Shown one piece after another: positions 19,054 through 29,232 of a DNA stretch of 64,000 bases. Each line of letters begins with the position of its first letter. The stretch's first letter is position 1. Made by a program: the position numbers and the translations under genes. The notes under the pieces are model-generated. The model worked only from the letters and a program-made list of their open reading frames with translations. It searched no databases and was not told the origin of the DNA. The DNA is taken from contig CAWBFZ010000001.1 in the NCBI GenBank assembly GCA_963788175.1, positions 323,880 through 387,879 on the forward strand, in the 5' to 3' direction. This DNA comes from Thermoanaerobaculia bacterium (GTDB taxonomy: Bacteria > Acidobacteriota > Thermoanaerobaculia > Multivoradales > JAGPDF01).

Positions 19054-20073
19054 TTGACCCAAGAATCGACCATCGAGACCTCGCTGCGCAAGCTCTGTGC
19101 GACCTATGCGCGCCCGTTGCGCGGTCGCGCGATCTGGCAGTTGGTGAATACCGCCGTGCCCTTCGTCCTGCTCTGGGCCTTCATGGCGCAGACGGTGCTC
19201 TGGGGCTGGAACTACGCCTGGACCGTGCTGCTGGCGATCCCGATGTCGGGCCTCTTCATCCGCTTGTTCATCATCCAGCACGACTGCGGGCACGGCTCGT
19301 TCTTCGCCTCGCGCAAGGCCGACCACATGGTCGGCGCGGCGCTCGGCGTCGTCACGCTCTTCCCTTACGGCTACTGGAAAAAGACCCACGCGATCCATCA
19401 CGCCACCTCGGGAAACCTCGACCGGCGCGAGTTCGGTGACGTCCGCACGCTGACGGTGGAGGAGTACCTCCAGCTCTCGCCGCTCAAGCGGTTCGGTTAC
19501 CGCCTGTATCGCAGCGCTCCGGCGCTGTTTCTCGTCGGGCCGTTCTACCAGTTCGTGCTCAAGCACCGGATTCCGTTCGACCTGCCGTTCGCCTGGAAGA
19601 AGGAGTGGGCGAGCGTGCTGTGGAACAACCTGGTGCTCGGTTTCCTGGTGTGGGGTCTGGTGGCGACGATCGGCTGGAAGACCCTGCTGATGGTCGAGCT
19701 GCCGATCCTGCTCGTCGCCGGCGCCCTGGGGATCTGGCTGTTCTACGTCCAGCACCAGTTCGAGGACGCCTACTGGGAGCGCCAGGACGCCTGGGACGCC
19801 GACACCGCGGCCATCCAGGGGAGCTCGTTCTACGACCTGCCGCGCTTCATGCACTGGTTCACCGGCAACATCGGCTTCCACCACATCCATCACCTGGCGA
19901 GCAAGATCCCGAACTATCGCCTGCGCGAAGCTTTCTACTCCAGTCCGGCGCTGCAGAAGGCGCCCCGGCTGTCGATCCGTGAGAGCTTCCGCTGCGCGCG
20001 GCTCAAGCTGTGGGACGAGCAGAAGCGCCGTCTGGTCGGCTTCCCGCGCCGCCGCCAGCCGCTCTCGGCCTAG
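19054..20073 (+). CDS. membrane fatty acid desaturase
   Basis: Three His boxes HDCGH, HAIHH and HHIHH with TM segments in between. TTG start preceded by AGGGAGG. Confidence 0.85.
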   Translation: MTQESTIETSLRKLCATYARPLRGRAIWQLVNTAVPFVLLWAFMAQTVLWGWNYAWTVLLAIPMSGLFIRLFIIQHDCGHGSFFASRKADHMVGAALGVVTLFPYGYWKKTHAIHHATSGNLDRREFGDVRTLTVEEYLQLSPLKRFGYRLYRSAPALFLVGPFYQFVLKHRIPFDLPFAWKKEWASVLWNNLVLGFLVWGLVATIGWKTLLMVELPILLVAGALGIWLFYVQHQFEDAYWERQDAWDADTAAIQGSSFYDLPRFMHWFTGNIGFHHIHHLASKIPNYRLREAFYSSPALQKAPRLSIRESFRCARLKLWDEQKRRLVGFPRRRQPLSA

Positions 20074-20128
20074 TCGCGACGATTTCGTCATGCATTCGCG
20101 GTTCGTCGGAGGTCGCGCTGCTCCGGCA

Positions 20129-20185
20129 CTCGGGATCCAGAGTGGGCTCCTACTTGAAGCGTGGTCGCCCACTCTGGATCCCGAG
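20129..20185. terminator. perfect 19-bp inverted repeat with 19-nt loop (stem-loop between convergent genes)
   Basis: CTCGGGATCCAGAGTGGGC (20129-20147) and GCCCACTCTGGATCCCGAG (20167-20185). No U-tract, so terminator function is inferred only from position. Confidence 0.35.
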
Positions 20186-20270
20186 CGCCCTCGCGTCGCG
20201 GTGAGACAGGGCTGAAGGAAGCCTCTTTCACCACCTTACCGACGAGGGGTGGCCGGACCGAGGGCTAGAT

Positions 20271-20294
20271 AGGGGACACCCGTAGGGGTGTCCC
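20271..20294. terminator. 10-bp GC-rich hairpin GGGGACACCC-GTAG-GGGTGTCCCC
   Basis: Perfect stem with a 4-nt loop, about 115 nt downstream of the hemolysin-III family gene stop (20409, minus strand). Confidence 0.4.
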
Positions 20295-20408
20295 CGATCG
20301 ACGCTTCTTCAGCGAGCACCCATGGGAGACGGGCCGGACAGGACCCCGAGCAGGTACCCCAGCGACCGGACATACGTCTGACGAGGTTCTCGCCGCGGTA
20401 GCGAGGAA

Positions 20409-21080
20409 TCAGAGCGCCGCGCGGACGGGCGCCGGGATGACGTAGTGCAGGATGGCGAAGTAGTGGCAAACGCTGCCGGCGAGCACGAAGAGGTGCCAGA
20501 TGAAGTGGTGGTAGCGCAGGCTCTTCCAGGCGAAGAAGCCCAGCCCCAGCGTGTAGCAGAGGCCGCCGGCCACGAGCAGCGCCACGCCGCCCTGCGGCAG
20601 GCGCTCGACCAGCGGCTTGAAAGCGATGAGGCAGGACCAGCCCATGCCGACGTAGAGCAGCACCGAGACGATCGGCGCGCGGCCGAGCGCCACGGCCTTC
20701 CACAGGATGCCGCCGATGGCGCCGGCCCAGACCCAGGCGAAGAGCGACCAGCCCCACGGTCCCAGTAGGGGCCCGAGGGTGAACGGCGTGTAGGTGCCGG
20801 CGATGAGCAGATAGATCGAGGAGTGATCGATGACGCGCAGCACCTTCTTGGCGCGCACGATCGTGATCGCGTGGTAGAGCGTCGACGCCAGATAGAGCAG
20901 TATGAGCGTCGAGCCGAAGACCACCGAGGCGGTGACGTCGAGTGGGCTGCCGTGGAGCGCCGCGCGGGAGAGCAGCACGGCGAACCCGACGACCGCGAGC
21001 ACGACGCCGATGCCATGCGAGACGCTGTGCGCCACCTCTTCGGCGACGCTGTAGACCGGCAGCTGGACGTCGTTCGCCAT
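20409..21080 (-). CDS. hemolysin III / PAQR family channel protein
   Basis: 223 aa, 7 TM, with SHGIG ... STLYH ... DHSSIYLLIAGTYTPF ... HLFVLAGS motifs typical of the family. Confidence 0.85.
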   Translation of the reverse strand: MANDVQLPVYSVAEEVAHSVSHGIGVVLAVVGFAVLLSRAALHGSPLDVTASVVFGSTLILLYLASTLYHAITIVRAKKVLRVIDHSSIYLLIAGTYTPFTLGPLLGPWGWSLFAWVWAGAIGGILWKAVALGRAPIVSVLLYVGMGWSCLIAFKPLVERLPQGGVALLVAGGLCYTLGLGFFAWKSLRYHHFIWHLFVLAGSVCHYFAILHYVIPAPVRAAL

Positions 21081-21156
21081 GGCTCATTCTACTCTCCCCG
21101 CCGGGCGCTCCCTTTCGGCGCCCAACTCCCAAGCCCCGCCGCGATACGATGCGGCG

Positions 21157-21846
21157 ATGGAGATGCGTCGAGTCCCGGCCCTGTGGGCTGCCGCCTGCCT
21201 GCTCGCCGTTGCGGCGGGAGCGGCACACCTGCTCGCCGAGAGCGCCGGCGAGACGCTCGGAGCGCTGCTCGCGAAGCCGGTCCCGGTGCTCCTCCTCCTC
21301 GTCTGGGTCGGGCTCGCCGCCCACTCGCCGCTCAAATGGCCGCTGGCCGCAGGTCTCGCCCTGTCCGCGGTGGGGGACGTGATGATCCAGCGCCCCGGCG
21401 GTTTCCTCGCCGGACTGGCCTTCTTCCTCGCCGCCCATCTCGCCTACACGACCGGATTCTGGCGCGGCAGTCCGGCGCTCCAGGCGGTCCGGGCCCTGCC
21501 GTTCCTGCTCTTCGGCAGCGTGATGGGCTACTGGATCACTCCCGGCGCCGCCGGCATGGCGGTTCCGGTAGGGGTCTACATCCTGGCGATCAGCGTGATG
21601 ATGTGGCGCGCCGCGGCGCTCGCCGGCGCGCCGCGGCTCCACCCGTGGGTGGGTCGTCTGGCGACCGCCGGCGCGATCCTCTTCGCGGCCAGCGACAGCC
21701 TGATCGCGATCCATCGCTTCGTCGCACCGCAGCCCTGGGCCGACCCGCCGATCATGATCCTCTATTGGCTGGGTCAGGCCGGCATTGCCGCGGCGGCGGT
21801 CGTGGCGGGTCGCGCGCACGCCTCGGCAGCCGGAGGCGCGCGATGA
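21157..21846 (+). CDS. YhhN-family membrane protein (lysoplasmalogenase-like)
   Basis: Polytopic, with ..LSAVGDVMI.. and FFLAAHLAYT motifs. I chose the start at MEMRRV to avoid overlap with the divergent gene. The stop overlaps the pheA ATG (ATGA). Confidence 0.75.
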   Translation: MEMRRVPALWAAACLLAVAAGAAHLLAESAGETLGALLAKPVPVLLLLVWVGLAAHSPLKWPLAAGLALSAVGDVMIQRPGGFLAGLAFFLAAHLAYTTGFWRGSPALQAVRALPFLLFGSVMGYWITPGAAGMAVPVGVYILAISVMMWRAAALAGAPRLHPWVGRLATAGAILFAASDSLIAIHRFVAPQPWADPPIMILYWLGQAGIAAAAVVAGRAHASAAGGAR

Positions 21847-22994
21847 CCGGAGACGGGCACCCGGAGCGAGCGGCCCGCCGACCTGCAGGCGCTGCGCGAA
21901 GCGCTCGAACAGATCGACCACCGCCTGCTGCGTCTGCTCCGCGAGCGGATGAATCTCGTCGAAGGCGTGGCGGAGGCGAAACTGGGCAGCGCCTGGCCGT
22001 TCCGCGATCCGGCGCGCGAGGACCGGCTGCTGGTGCGGTTGCGGCAGTCGGCGGTGGAGGAGGGCCTCGACCCGCACGAGGTCGAGCGGCTCTATCGCGT
22101 CATCCTCGACATGTCGGTCGCCCACCAGCAGGCTTTCGTGCGCGCCCTCGAAACGACGCCGCTGCGCGTCACCTACCAGGGGGCGGAGGGCTCGTACAGC
22201 CACCTCGCCGCCCAGCGCCAGTACTCCGGGCGCCCCGGCGGCGTGCTGCTCACCGGCTGCGAGACCTTCCGCCGCGCCGCGGAGGCGGTGCTCTCGGGCG
22301 AGGCCGACCTGGCGCTGCTGCCGATCGAGAACACCACCGCCGGCAGCATCAACGAGACCTACGACCTCCTCGGCGAAGGCGGCCTCGCGATCACCGGCGA
22401 GGTCATCGCGGCGATCGAACACTGCCTCCTGGGGCTCCCCGGCACGACGGTGGCGGAGCTCACGGCGGCGCTGTCGCATCCGCAGGCGCTCTGGCAGTGC
22501 GAGGGCTTCTTCCGCGCCCATCCGCACATCCGTCCGCAGGCGGAGTTCGACACCGCCGGCGCGGCGCGCAAGGTCAAGGAATCGGGCGACCGCGCGCTCG
22601 GCGCCATCGCCAGCTTCGCTGCCGCCGGCGACCTACGGTCTCGAAGTCCTCGTGCGCGGCATTCAGACCCAGGCCGGGAACGCCACGCGCTTCGTCGAAG
22701 TGGGGCTCCACGCGGTGCCGGTCGCGGGCGCGGCGCGGGTGAAGAGCTCCCTCCTGCTGGAGCTCGCCGACCGGCCCGGAGTCCTCGGCGAGGTCCTGCA
22801 GGAGCTCGCCCGCCGCGGTCTCAATCTGACGAAGCTCGAATCGCGCCCGATTCCCGGCAACCCTTGGGTCGTACCGCTTCTACCTCGACGTCGACGGCCA
22901 TGCCTCGGCGACCGCCTTCCAGGAGGCGCTGGCGGCGCTCGCCGCGCTGACCACCGAGCTCCGGGTGCTCGGCACCTATCCGGCGGCCGGATGA
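21843..22994 (+). pseudogene. pheA: bifunctional chorismate mutase/prephenate dehydratase, three +1 frame breaks as sequenced
   Basis: The CM region (DLQALREALEQIDHRLLRLLRERMNLVEGVAEAKL), the PDT domain (RVTYQGAEGSYSH..LPIENTTAGSINETYD) and the ACT domain (KSSLLLELADRPGVLGEVLQ.., YRFYLDVDGH) lie in three successive frames. Breaks fall within 21846-21879, near 22628-22636 and near 22866-22872. Confidence 0.8.
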
Positions 22995-23016
22995 TCGCTC
23001 GGCAAGGGACGCTGCG

Positions 23017-23697
23017 ATGAAACCGACCGAGCTCCTGGCGAAGGCGCCGACCGGCGATGGCGACGAGATGACGTTGACGCGCCGCGACGGTGCCTACTAT
23101 CTCAACCTGCGCTCGAGCGGCGAGCTGATGACGAGCCGCGCGCACGGCTCCGAGAAGGCGCTGGCGACGCTCGCCATCGCCGCGATGCCGAAAACGCCCC
23201 GGCCGCGCGTCCTGATCGGTGGGTTGGGCTTCGGCTACACCCTGCGTGCGGCGCTCGACGCGCTACCGGTGGACGCCGAAGTGGTGGTGGCGGAGCTTTT
23301 CGAGCTCGTTCTGACCGCGAACCGCGGCGAAGTGGGGGATCTCGCCGGTCGGCCGCTCGACGACGCACGCGTCTCGGTGCGCATGGGCGACGTGAGGGAC
23401 GCCCTCGGCGACGCGACCTTCGAAGCGATCCTGCTCGACGTCGACAACGGGCCCGAGGCATTCACGCTCGCGGGAAACTCGCGGTTGTACACGGCGAAGG
23501 GTCTCGGGCGCCTGGCGCACAGCCTCGTGCCGAGGGGCATTCTCGGCATCTGGTCGAATGCCGAAGGCCCGCCCAGCGAGGCGGTTCTCAAGCGCTTCGA
23601 GGGCAGCGGCTTCTACATCCCATGGGTCGAGCGCACCCGCTCGCGCGAGCGCGGCCGGGGTTCGCACCACACCATCGTCCTCGCCCGCCGGCACTGA
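23017..23697 (+). CDS. spermidine synthase-like methyltransferase-fold protein
   Basis: SAM-binding-like VLIGGLGFGYT, then ..ILLDVDNGP.. and LYT..G motifs as in polyamine aminopropyltransferase-like proteins. Confidence 0.65.
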   Translation: MKPTELLAKAPTGDGDEMTLTRRDGAYYLNLRSSGELMTSRAHGSEKALATLAIAAMPKTPRPRVLIGGLGFGYTLRAALDALPVDAEVVVAELFELVLTANRGEVGDLAGRPLDDARVSVRMGDVRDALGDATFEAILLDVDNGPEAFTLAGNSRLYTAKGLGRLAHSLVPRGILGIWSNAEGPPSEAVLKRFEGSGFYIPWVERTRSRERGRGSHHTIVLARRH

Positions 23698-23736
23698 CGC
23701 GGAGCGGCGCAGAGGCCGCGCGGAGAGCGGCCCGAG

Positions 23737-26700
23737 TCAGGCCGAAACCGCGGCCGCTTCGGGCGTTTCGGGGTGGACCTCTTCGAGGGCCACCGTCACC
23801 AGCTTCGATACCCCGCGCTCCTCCATGGTCACGCCGTAGAGCGTGCTCGCGACCTCCATGGTGAGCTTGTTGTGGGTGATGACGATGCACTGCGTCTCCT
23901 TGGCGAGCTCGCGCAGCATGCCGACGAAGCGCAGCGTGTTGATGTCGTCGAGAGGCGCGTCGACCTCGTCGAGAATGCAGAAAGGGGAGGGCTTGGTGCG
24001 GAAGAGCGCGAAGAGCAGCGCGATCGCGGTCAGCGCCTTCTCGCCGCCGGAAAGCAGCATCAGGTTCTGCAGGCGCTTGCCAGGGGGGCGCGCCACGATC
24101 TCGATGCCGCTCTCCATCAAGTCCTCCTCGTCGAGGAGGCGCATCTCGGCCTCGCCGCCGCGGAAGAGGTCGACGAAGGTCTTCGCGAACTGCGCGTTGA
24201 CCTGGGCGAACGCCTCCTTGAAGCGCGCGCTCGAGGTCTGGTTGATCTCCTTGATGGTGTGACGCAGCGACTCGACCGAGGCCGCGACATCGGCGCGCTG
24301 CACGGTGAGGAACTTGTGGCGCTCCTCCTCGCCGCTGTATTCGTCGGCGGCGAGGACGTTCACCGGTCCGATCGCCTCGATCTGCTCTTTCAGGCGCGCG
24401 AGATCGACCTCCAGCTCGGCGAGATTCGGCGGCAGCTCGCCGGGGACCTCCGGCAGCGGCTCGCCGAAGTGCTCGGCGTGCTCCGCGTCGAGGTGGTTGG
24501 CGTCGTGCTCGAGCCCGACGAGGGCGACTCGCAGGTTCTCGACCTCGCCGCGCGCCACATCGTGCTCGCGGCGGACGGCGGCGAGCGCCTCCTGGCGGGC
24601 GCGGGCGCCGTGGCGCTCACCCTCGAGGCTCTCCCCGTCGCGGCGCAGCAGCTCTTCGCCGCCGGCGCGCAGGTCGAGCGCCTCCTGCAGCTCGCGCTCC
24701 GCCTGCTGCATCGCGGCTTCGAGCTCGCTCTGGCGCGCGGCGAGCGTCGCGGACTCTTTTCGCCAGTCATCGATCTGATGCTGCGCGGCGGCGATTTCGC
24801 GCCCCAGTCGCGCGCTTTCGCGGTCCAGGGACTGCAGGCGCTCGGAGAGCACGTCGAGTTGGCCGCGGCGCCCGGCACCAAGGGCGCGCTGGGTCTCGCG
24901 CTCCTTGCGCGCCGCCTCGCCTTCGCGCTGGAGCTCGTCGAACTGGCGCTCGCGCGCCGTATGGCCGGCCTCCAGACTCTCGAGGTCGCCGCCGAGGCCG
25001 AGCTGCACTTCGCCGAGCTGGGCAAGCTCGGACGCCAGCCGAGCCTGCTCCCGCTGCAGTGCCTCTTCGTTCTCGGCCAGGCGCTGGTGGCGCCCGGCGA
25101 GCTCGTCGCGCCGCGAGCGCACGCCGGCCTGCTCCTGTTTGAGCGCGGCCGTCGCCTCCTGGGCGCGGTGGATCGTCTCGGCGACGGCGGAACGTGCCGC
25201 GACGAGCTCCTGGATCTCGCCGTGGGCGCGGTGGATGCGCTCTTCGAGCTCCGGCAGGAGATCGGCGAGATCGGTCAGCTCGCTGGTGCGGGCGAGAAAG
25301 CCGGGCTGTTGCTCGTCGCCCTGGAGGTGGATGAGGCCGCCCTGCATCCAGAGGCGCTCGCGGGTCAGGAACGCCACCCCGGGCTGCGCGCGCGCCAGCC
25401 GTTCGGCGTCGGCGGCGGAGGTGACGAGATAGGCCGGCGGCAGCGCCTGGGCGACGGCGGGTTCGAGACCCAGAGCGTCGCCGAGCGAGGCGACGATCGC
25501 CGGATCGTCCGGGCGCGGCCAGGAGGCCGCCGTTGCGCCGGCAGGGAGCGGCGAGAGCAGCGTGCCGGAGGCGTGGGCGCTGTCGGCGAGCAGGGTGGCG
25601 ACCTCGCAGGCCGGGAGATCCCCGGAGAGCACCACGGCGTCGATCAGGCCGCCGAGGTAGAGATCGAGGCTGCGCTCCCAACCGCGCATGGCCTGAATCC
25701 GGGTGCCGAGCGTCTCGGGCTCGGAGATGCCGAGGCTCGCGAGCCGCTCGGCGAGCGCCCGGCCCTTCTCCCGATCGCCCTGCGCGAGTTCGGCGAGGAA
25801 GCGTTGACGCTCCGATCGCCCGGTGCGCTCGTGTTCGAGCGTGCGCAGGGCCTCCGCTGCCGTGGCCTCTCGGGCGAGCAGCCCCTCGAGCGTCTCGCGC
25901 GCCGCCGCGAGCTCGAGGTGACGCTCGCCCAGGAGCGCCTCGATCTCGGCCAGCCGGGCGTTGGCGCCGGCCAGACCGCGGCTCGCCTCGGTCAGCTCCT
26001 GCGCGCGCTCGGCGAGCTCGTCGAAGAGGTGGCGCTGGCGGAAGCTGCTCTTCTCCGACTCGATCTGTTCGCGATGGATCCGGTTGCGCAGCGCCGTGAG
26101 CTCGCCCAGGGAGGCGAGCAGTTCCTGGCGCGCGGTCTCGAGCCGGGCCTCGGCGGCCGCCGCGACCGATTCGACCTCGCGCAGCCGGGCGCCGTCCGCC
26201 TGGACCAGAGCTGCCGCCTGATCGTGCTCGACGATCAGCCGGGCGCGGCTCGCGGCGAGCTCCTCGACCGTTCGACCGTGGACTTCGAGCTCCTCCTGCC
26301 GCTTGCCGGAGACCGCCTGGCCGGCGGCGACCCGGGCGTCGATCTCGGCGATCGTGCGTCGGGTGCCGGAGAGGAACTGCTGCCGGCCGGCGATGGTCGC
26401 ACCGAGCTCGGCCTGGCGCCGTGCCTTCTCGGAAAGCTCGGTCGCCAGCCGGTCGAGGCGCTCGCGCAGGAGGGCAAGCTCGGCCTCCTGGCGATGGATG
26501 GTGGCGGCAAGGTCGGTCTCGCGGGTCTGCGACTCGCCGAGCGCGATGCGGCGCTCGCTGAGCTCGCTCGCGAGGAGCGACCAGCGGCCGCCGAGAACCG
26601 CGCGGTGCAGCGTCTTCCACTCCGCCTGACGCTCCTGGAAGCGGCGCGCCGCGCCGGCCTGGCGCTTGAGCGACCGCAGGTTGCGCTCGATCTCGCTCAC

Positions 26701-27294
26701 GATGTCGTCGAGCCGCAGGAGGTTCGCCGTCGCCTCTTCGAGCTTGACCTCGGCGATCTTCTTGCGCGCTTTGTAGCGCGTGATCCCGGCCGCCTCTTCG
26801 ATCAGCTTGCGGCGCTCCTGGGGCTTGCCGGAGAGGATGAGGCCGATCTTGCCCTGCTCGATCACGGAGTAGGCGCGGATGCCCAGACCGGTGTCCATCA
26901 GCAGGTCCTTGATCTCCTTGAGACGCACCGTCTTGCCGTTCAATCGGTACTGCGATTCGCCGCTGCGGAAGACGCGGCGGGAGATCGTCACCCGGCCGTC
27001 TTCGCCGAGGGCGCCGCCGGCGAAGCTTGCGTCGGCCAGGAAGGAGAGGGTGACCTCGCCCATCCCCAGGGGCTTCCTCTTCTCGGAGCCGTTGAAGATG
27101 ACGTCTTCCATCGTGTCGCCACGCATCGACTTCGCGCTCTGCTCGCCGAGAACCCAGGTGATGGCGTCCGAGAGGTTCGATTTGCCGCAACCGTTCGGGC
27201 CGACGATCCCGGTGATCCCGCCGGCGAACAGGACATGGACGGGGTCGACGAAGGACTTGAAACCAGAGACATCGAGACGGTCGAGCTTGAGCAT
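23737..27294 (-). CDS. smc: chromosome segregation protein SMC
   Basis: 1185 aa. N-terminal Walker A GPNGCGKSN, long coiled coils, a hinge, and C-terminal LSGGEKALTAIALLFA plus Walker B ILDEVDAPLD. Confidence 0.95.
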   Translation of the reverse strand: MLKLDRLDVSGFKSFVDPVHVLFAGGITGIVGPNGCGKSNLSDAITWVLGEQSAKSMRGDTMEDVIFNGSEKRKPLGMGEVTLSFLADASFAGGALGEDGRVTISRRVFRSGESQYRLNGKTVRLKEIKDLLMDTGLGIRAYSVIEQGKIGLILSGKPQERRKLIEEAAGITRYKARKKIAEVKLEEATANLLRLDDIVSEIERNLRSLKRQAGAARRFQERQAEWKTLHRAVLGGRWSLLASELSERRIALGESQTRETDLAATIHRQEAELALLRERLDRLATELSEKARRQAELGATIAGRQQFLSGTRRTIAEIDARVAAGQAVSGKRQEELEVHGRTVEELAASRARLIVEHDQAAALVQADGARLREVESVAAAAEARLETARQELLASLGELTALRNRIHREQIESEKSSFRQRHLFDELAERAQELTEASRGLAGANARLAEIEALLGERHLELAAARETLEGLLAREATAAEALRTLEHERTGRSERQRFLAELAQGDREKGRALAERLASLGISEPETLGTRIQAMRGWERSLDLYLGGLIDAVVLSGDLPACEVATLLADSAHASGTLLSPLPAGATAASWPRPDDPAIVASLGDALGLEPAVAQALPPAYLVTSAADAERLARAQPGVAFLTRERLWMQGGLIHLQGDEQQPGFLARTSELTDLADLLPELEERIHRAHGEIQELVAARSAVAETIHRAQEATAALKQEQAGVRSRRDELAGRHQRLAENEEALQREQARLASELAQLGEVQLGLGGDLESLEAGHTARERQFDELQREGEAARKERETQRALGAGRRGQLDVLSERLQSLDRESARLGREIAAAQHQIDDWRKESATLAARQSELEAAMQQAERELQEALDLRAGGEELLRRDGESLEGERHGARARQEALAAVRREHDVARGEVENLRVALVGLEHDANHLDAEHAEHFGEPLPEVPGELPPNLAELEVDLARLKEQIEAIGPVNVLAADEYSGEEERHKFLTVQRADVAASVESLRHTIKEINQTSSARFKEAFAQVNAQFAKTFVDLFRGGEAEMRLLDEEDLMESGIEIVARPPGKRLQNLMLLSGGEKALTAIALLFALFRTKPSPFCILDEVDAPLDDINTLRFVGMLRELAKETQCIVITHNKLTMEVASTLYGVTMEERGVSKLVTVALEEVHPETPEAAAVSA

Positions 27295-27417
27295 TCCGGA
27301 ATCCCCAGGGAAGGGAGCGAAGCTACCAGAGGCAACGGCAAGGACACAACCTGTGGGGGTATTCTAGGGCAATCACAGCTAGATATGGGCCCTTCGGGTC
27401 GGCCGGCGATGCCCCCC

Positions 27418-28275
27418 TTAGCCCCCTTTCCGCCCCTCCCGCCCCTCCTGGCGGTGCTGAAGATAGGCGAGGGCCCCGCTCGCCGCGAGCAGGAGGCCGA
27501 AGATGCAGACGATGGTCGGCCCGGTCGGCAGGTCCATGCTCTCCCACTGGGTCGAGAGCAGGAGGCCGGCGACGCCGGCCGAGAGCGCGACTCCCCAGCC
27601 GATGGCGAGGCGCACCGCGGTGCGTGACGACAGCAGGGCGCCGCAGACCGCCGGCACGATGAGGTAGGAGAAGACCAGGTAGACCCCGGCGATGCGCACG
27701 AAACTGGTCACCACCAGTCCGAAGGTGGCGTAGAAAAGGAAGTCCCAGAGCCGCACCCGGAGCCCCTGGCGCTCGGCCTCCTCGAGCTCGAACGAGACCA
27801 GGTGGAACTTGCGGCGCAGGGCGAAGTGGAAGATGCCGACGCCCGCGAAGAGGGCGATCGTGCGCAGCACTTCACCCGAGGAGACCAGCAGGATGTTGCC
27901 GACGAGGAGGTTCTTGATCTCCTCGTCGCCGGCGGCGGTGCGCGACAGGACGAGGGTCGCCGCGGCGGCGGCGACGATGTAGATGATGCCGATGATCGCT
28001 TCCTGCGGTACCCGCGGATGGCGGAACCGGGTGAGCGAGAAGAGCGCCGCGCCGGCCAGGGTGAAGGCGATCGCAAGGGCGTAGGGCAGCGCACTGTGGT
28101 CGGGATCGGCGCCGAGGAGGATCGCCGTCGCGATCCCCAGGGCGGCGATCTGCGCCAGGGCGAGGTCGACGAAGATGATGCCGCGGCCGACGACGTGCAG
28201 GCCGAAGTAGACCAGCATCGCCGGCAGCACGACGAGCGCCACGAGCGGCCAGAGCCAGAGTGTCAGAAGTTCCAT
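27418..28275 (-). CDS. metal ABC transporter permease (ABC-3 / ZnuB-MntB family)
   Basis: 285 aa with 8-9 TM and sequence typical of ABC-3 permeases (FVDLALAQIAALG..). Confidence 0.85.
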   Translation of the reverse strand: MELLTLWLWPLVALVVLPAMLVYFGLHVVGRGIIFVDLALAQIAALGIATAILLGADPDHSALPYALAIAFTLAGAALFSLTRFRHPRVPQEAIIGIIYIVAAAAATLVLSRTAAGDEEIKNLLVGNILLVSSGEVLRTIALFAGVGIFHFALRRKFHLVSFELEEAERQGLRVRLWDFLFYATFGLVVTSFVRIAGVYLVFSYLIVPAVCGALLSSRTAVRLAIGWGVALSAGVAGLLLSTQWESMDLPTGPTIVCIFGLLLAASGALAYLQHRQEGREGRKGG

Positions 28276-28285
28276 GGCGACCTCC

Positions 28286-29230
28286 TCAGGGCTGCGCTGC
28301 GAGGGCCTGCGCGATGCGCTTCACGTTGGTGTCGATCAGGTCGAGGTAGGTCGCGGTCCCGGGGATGGCGCCGGGGAACTGGCAGACGTCGACTACCTGG
28401 GCGCCGTTGTGCGACGCCACCGCCTCCGCTGTCTTGCGCGGCTGGTAGGGCTCGAGCAGGAGCACGCGGATGTTCTGCGCCGCCATCTTCGCAATCACCT
28501 CTGCGAGATGCGGTGGCGATGGCGGGATGCCGGGCTTGGGCTCGAGAAAGGTGTTCGCCTCCAGCCCGAATCGGCGGCAGAAGTAGCGCCAGGTGGGGTG
28601 GTAGGTCACGATCTGGCGTCCCTTGAACGGCGCGAGAGTTGCCGTCCACTCCTTCAGCTTGGACTCGATCGCGCCGTCGACTGCCGCGAGGTTGGCGTCG
28701 AAGACGGACTTGCCGGCCGCGTCGAGGGTGGCGAAGGTGCGGGCGAGATGCGCGGCGACGATCCGGGCATTCTCGGGATCGAGCATGAAGTGCGGATTGC
28801 CGCCCATGTGGGCGTCCCCCTGCGAGCGGTCCGCGGCCTGCGGGATGTCGAGCAGCTGGACGCCCTCGGAGGCCACCACGCGGCCCTGGGCGCCGGCGAG
28901 GATCCGCGGGTTGCGGGCGCCGTCGAGAAGCGGGCTGAGCCAGCCGACCTCGAGCTCGGCGCCACCTTCGATCAGCACGTCGGCGCGGTTCATGGCCACG
29001 ATCTGGCTCGGCCGGGCATCGACGAAATGGGGATCCTCGGTCGGTTTGGCGATCGTCGTGACGCTCACCCGGTCGCCGCCGATGGCGGTCGCGAGCGCGG
29101 CGTATTCCGAAGTCGTGGCGACGACCTTGAGGGCCGCCTGGGCGTTCCCCGGCGTGACGGCTAAAGCAGCGGCGAAGAGCAGAGGCGCGAGCCTGGCCTG
29201 GACGAGGTTGGAGCACATCGGGAACCTCAT
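28286..29230 (-). CDS. metal ABC transporter substrate-binding protein (ZnuA/TroA-like)
   Basis: Signal peptide, then LKVVATTSEYAALA, DPHFVDA and GNPHFMLDP motifs. Start at 29230 or 29218; the longer track ORF is run-through. Confidence 0.85.
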   Translation of the reverse strand: MRFPMCSNLVQARLAPLLFAAALAVTPGNAQAALKVVATTSEYAALATAIGGDRVSVTTIAKPTEDPHFVDARPSQIVAMNRADVLIEGGAELEVGWLSPLLDGARNPRILAGAQGRVVASEGVQLLDIPQAADRSQGDAHMGGNPHFMLDPENARIVAAHLARTFATLDAAGKSVFDANLAAVDGAIESKLKEWTATLAPFKGRQIVTYHPTWRYFCRRFGLEANTFLEPKPGIPPSPPHLAEVIAKMAAQNIRVLLLEPYQPRKTAEAVASHNGAQVVDVCQFPGAIPGTATYLDLIDTNVKRIAQALAAQP

Positions 29231-29232
29231 TT

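Noticed and set aside
23773-27627. 1284-aa ORF on the + strand
   Set aside because: It is exactly antisense to smc. It is Arg/Gly/Ala/Leu-rich with no motifs, a typical stop-poor shadow frame of GC-rich DNA. The same reasoning applies to 150..1532, 8601..9938, 14291..15829, 20236..22527, 29242..31878, 46830..49574, 57968..59593, 59475..61937 and similar ORFs.
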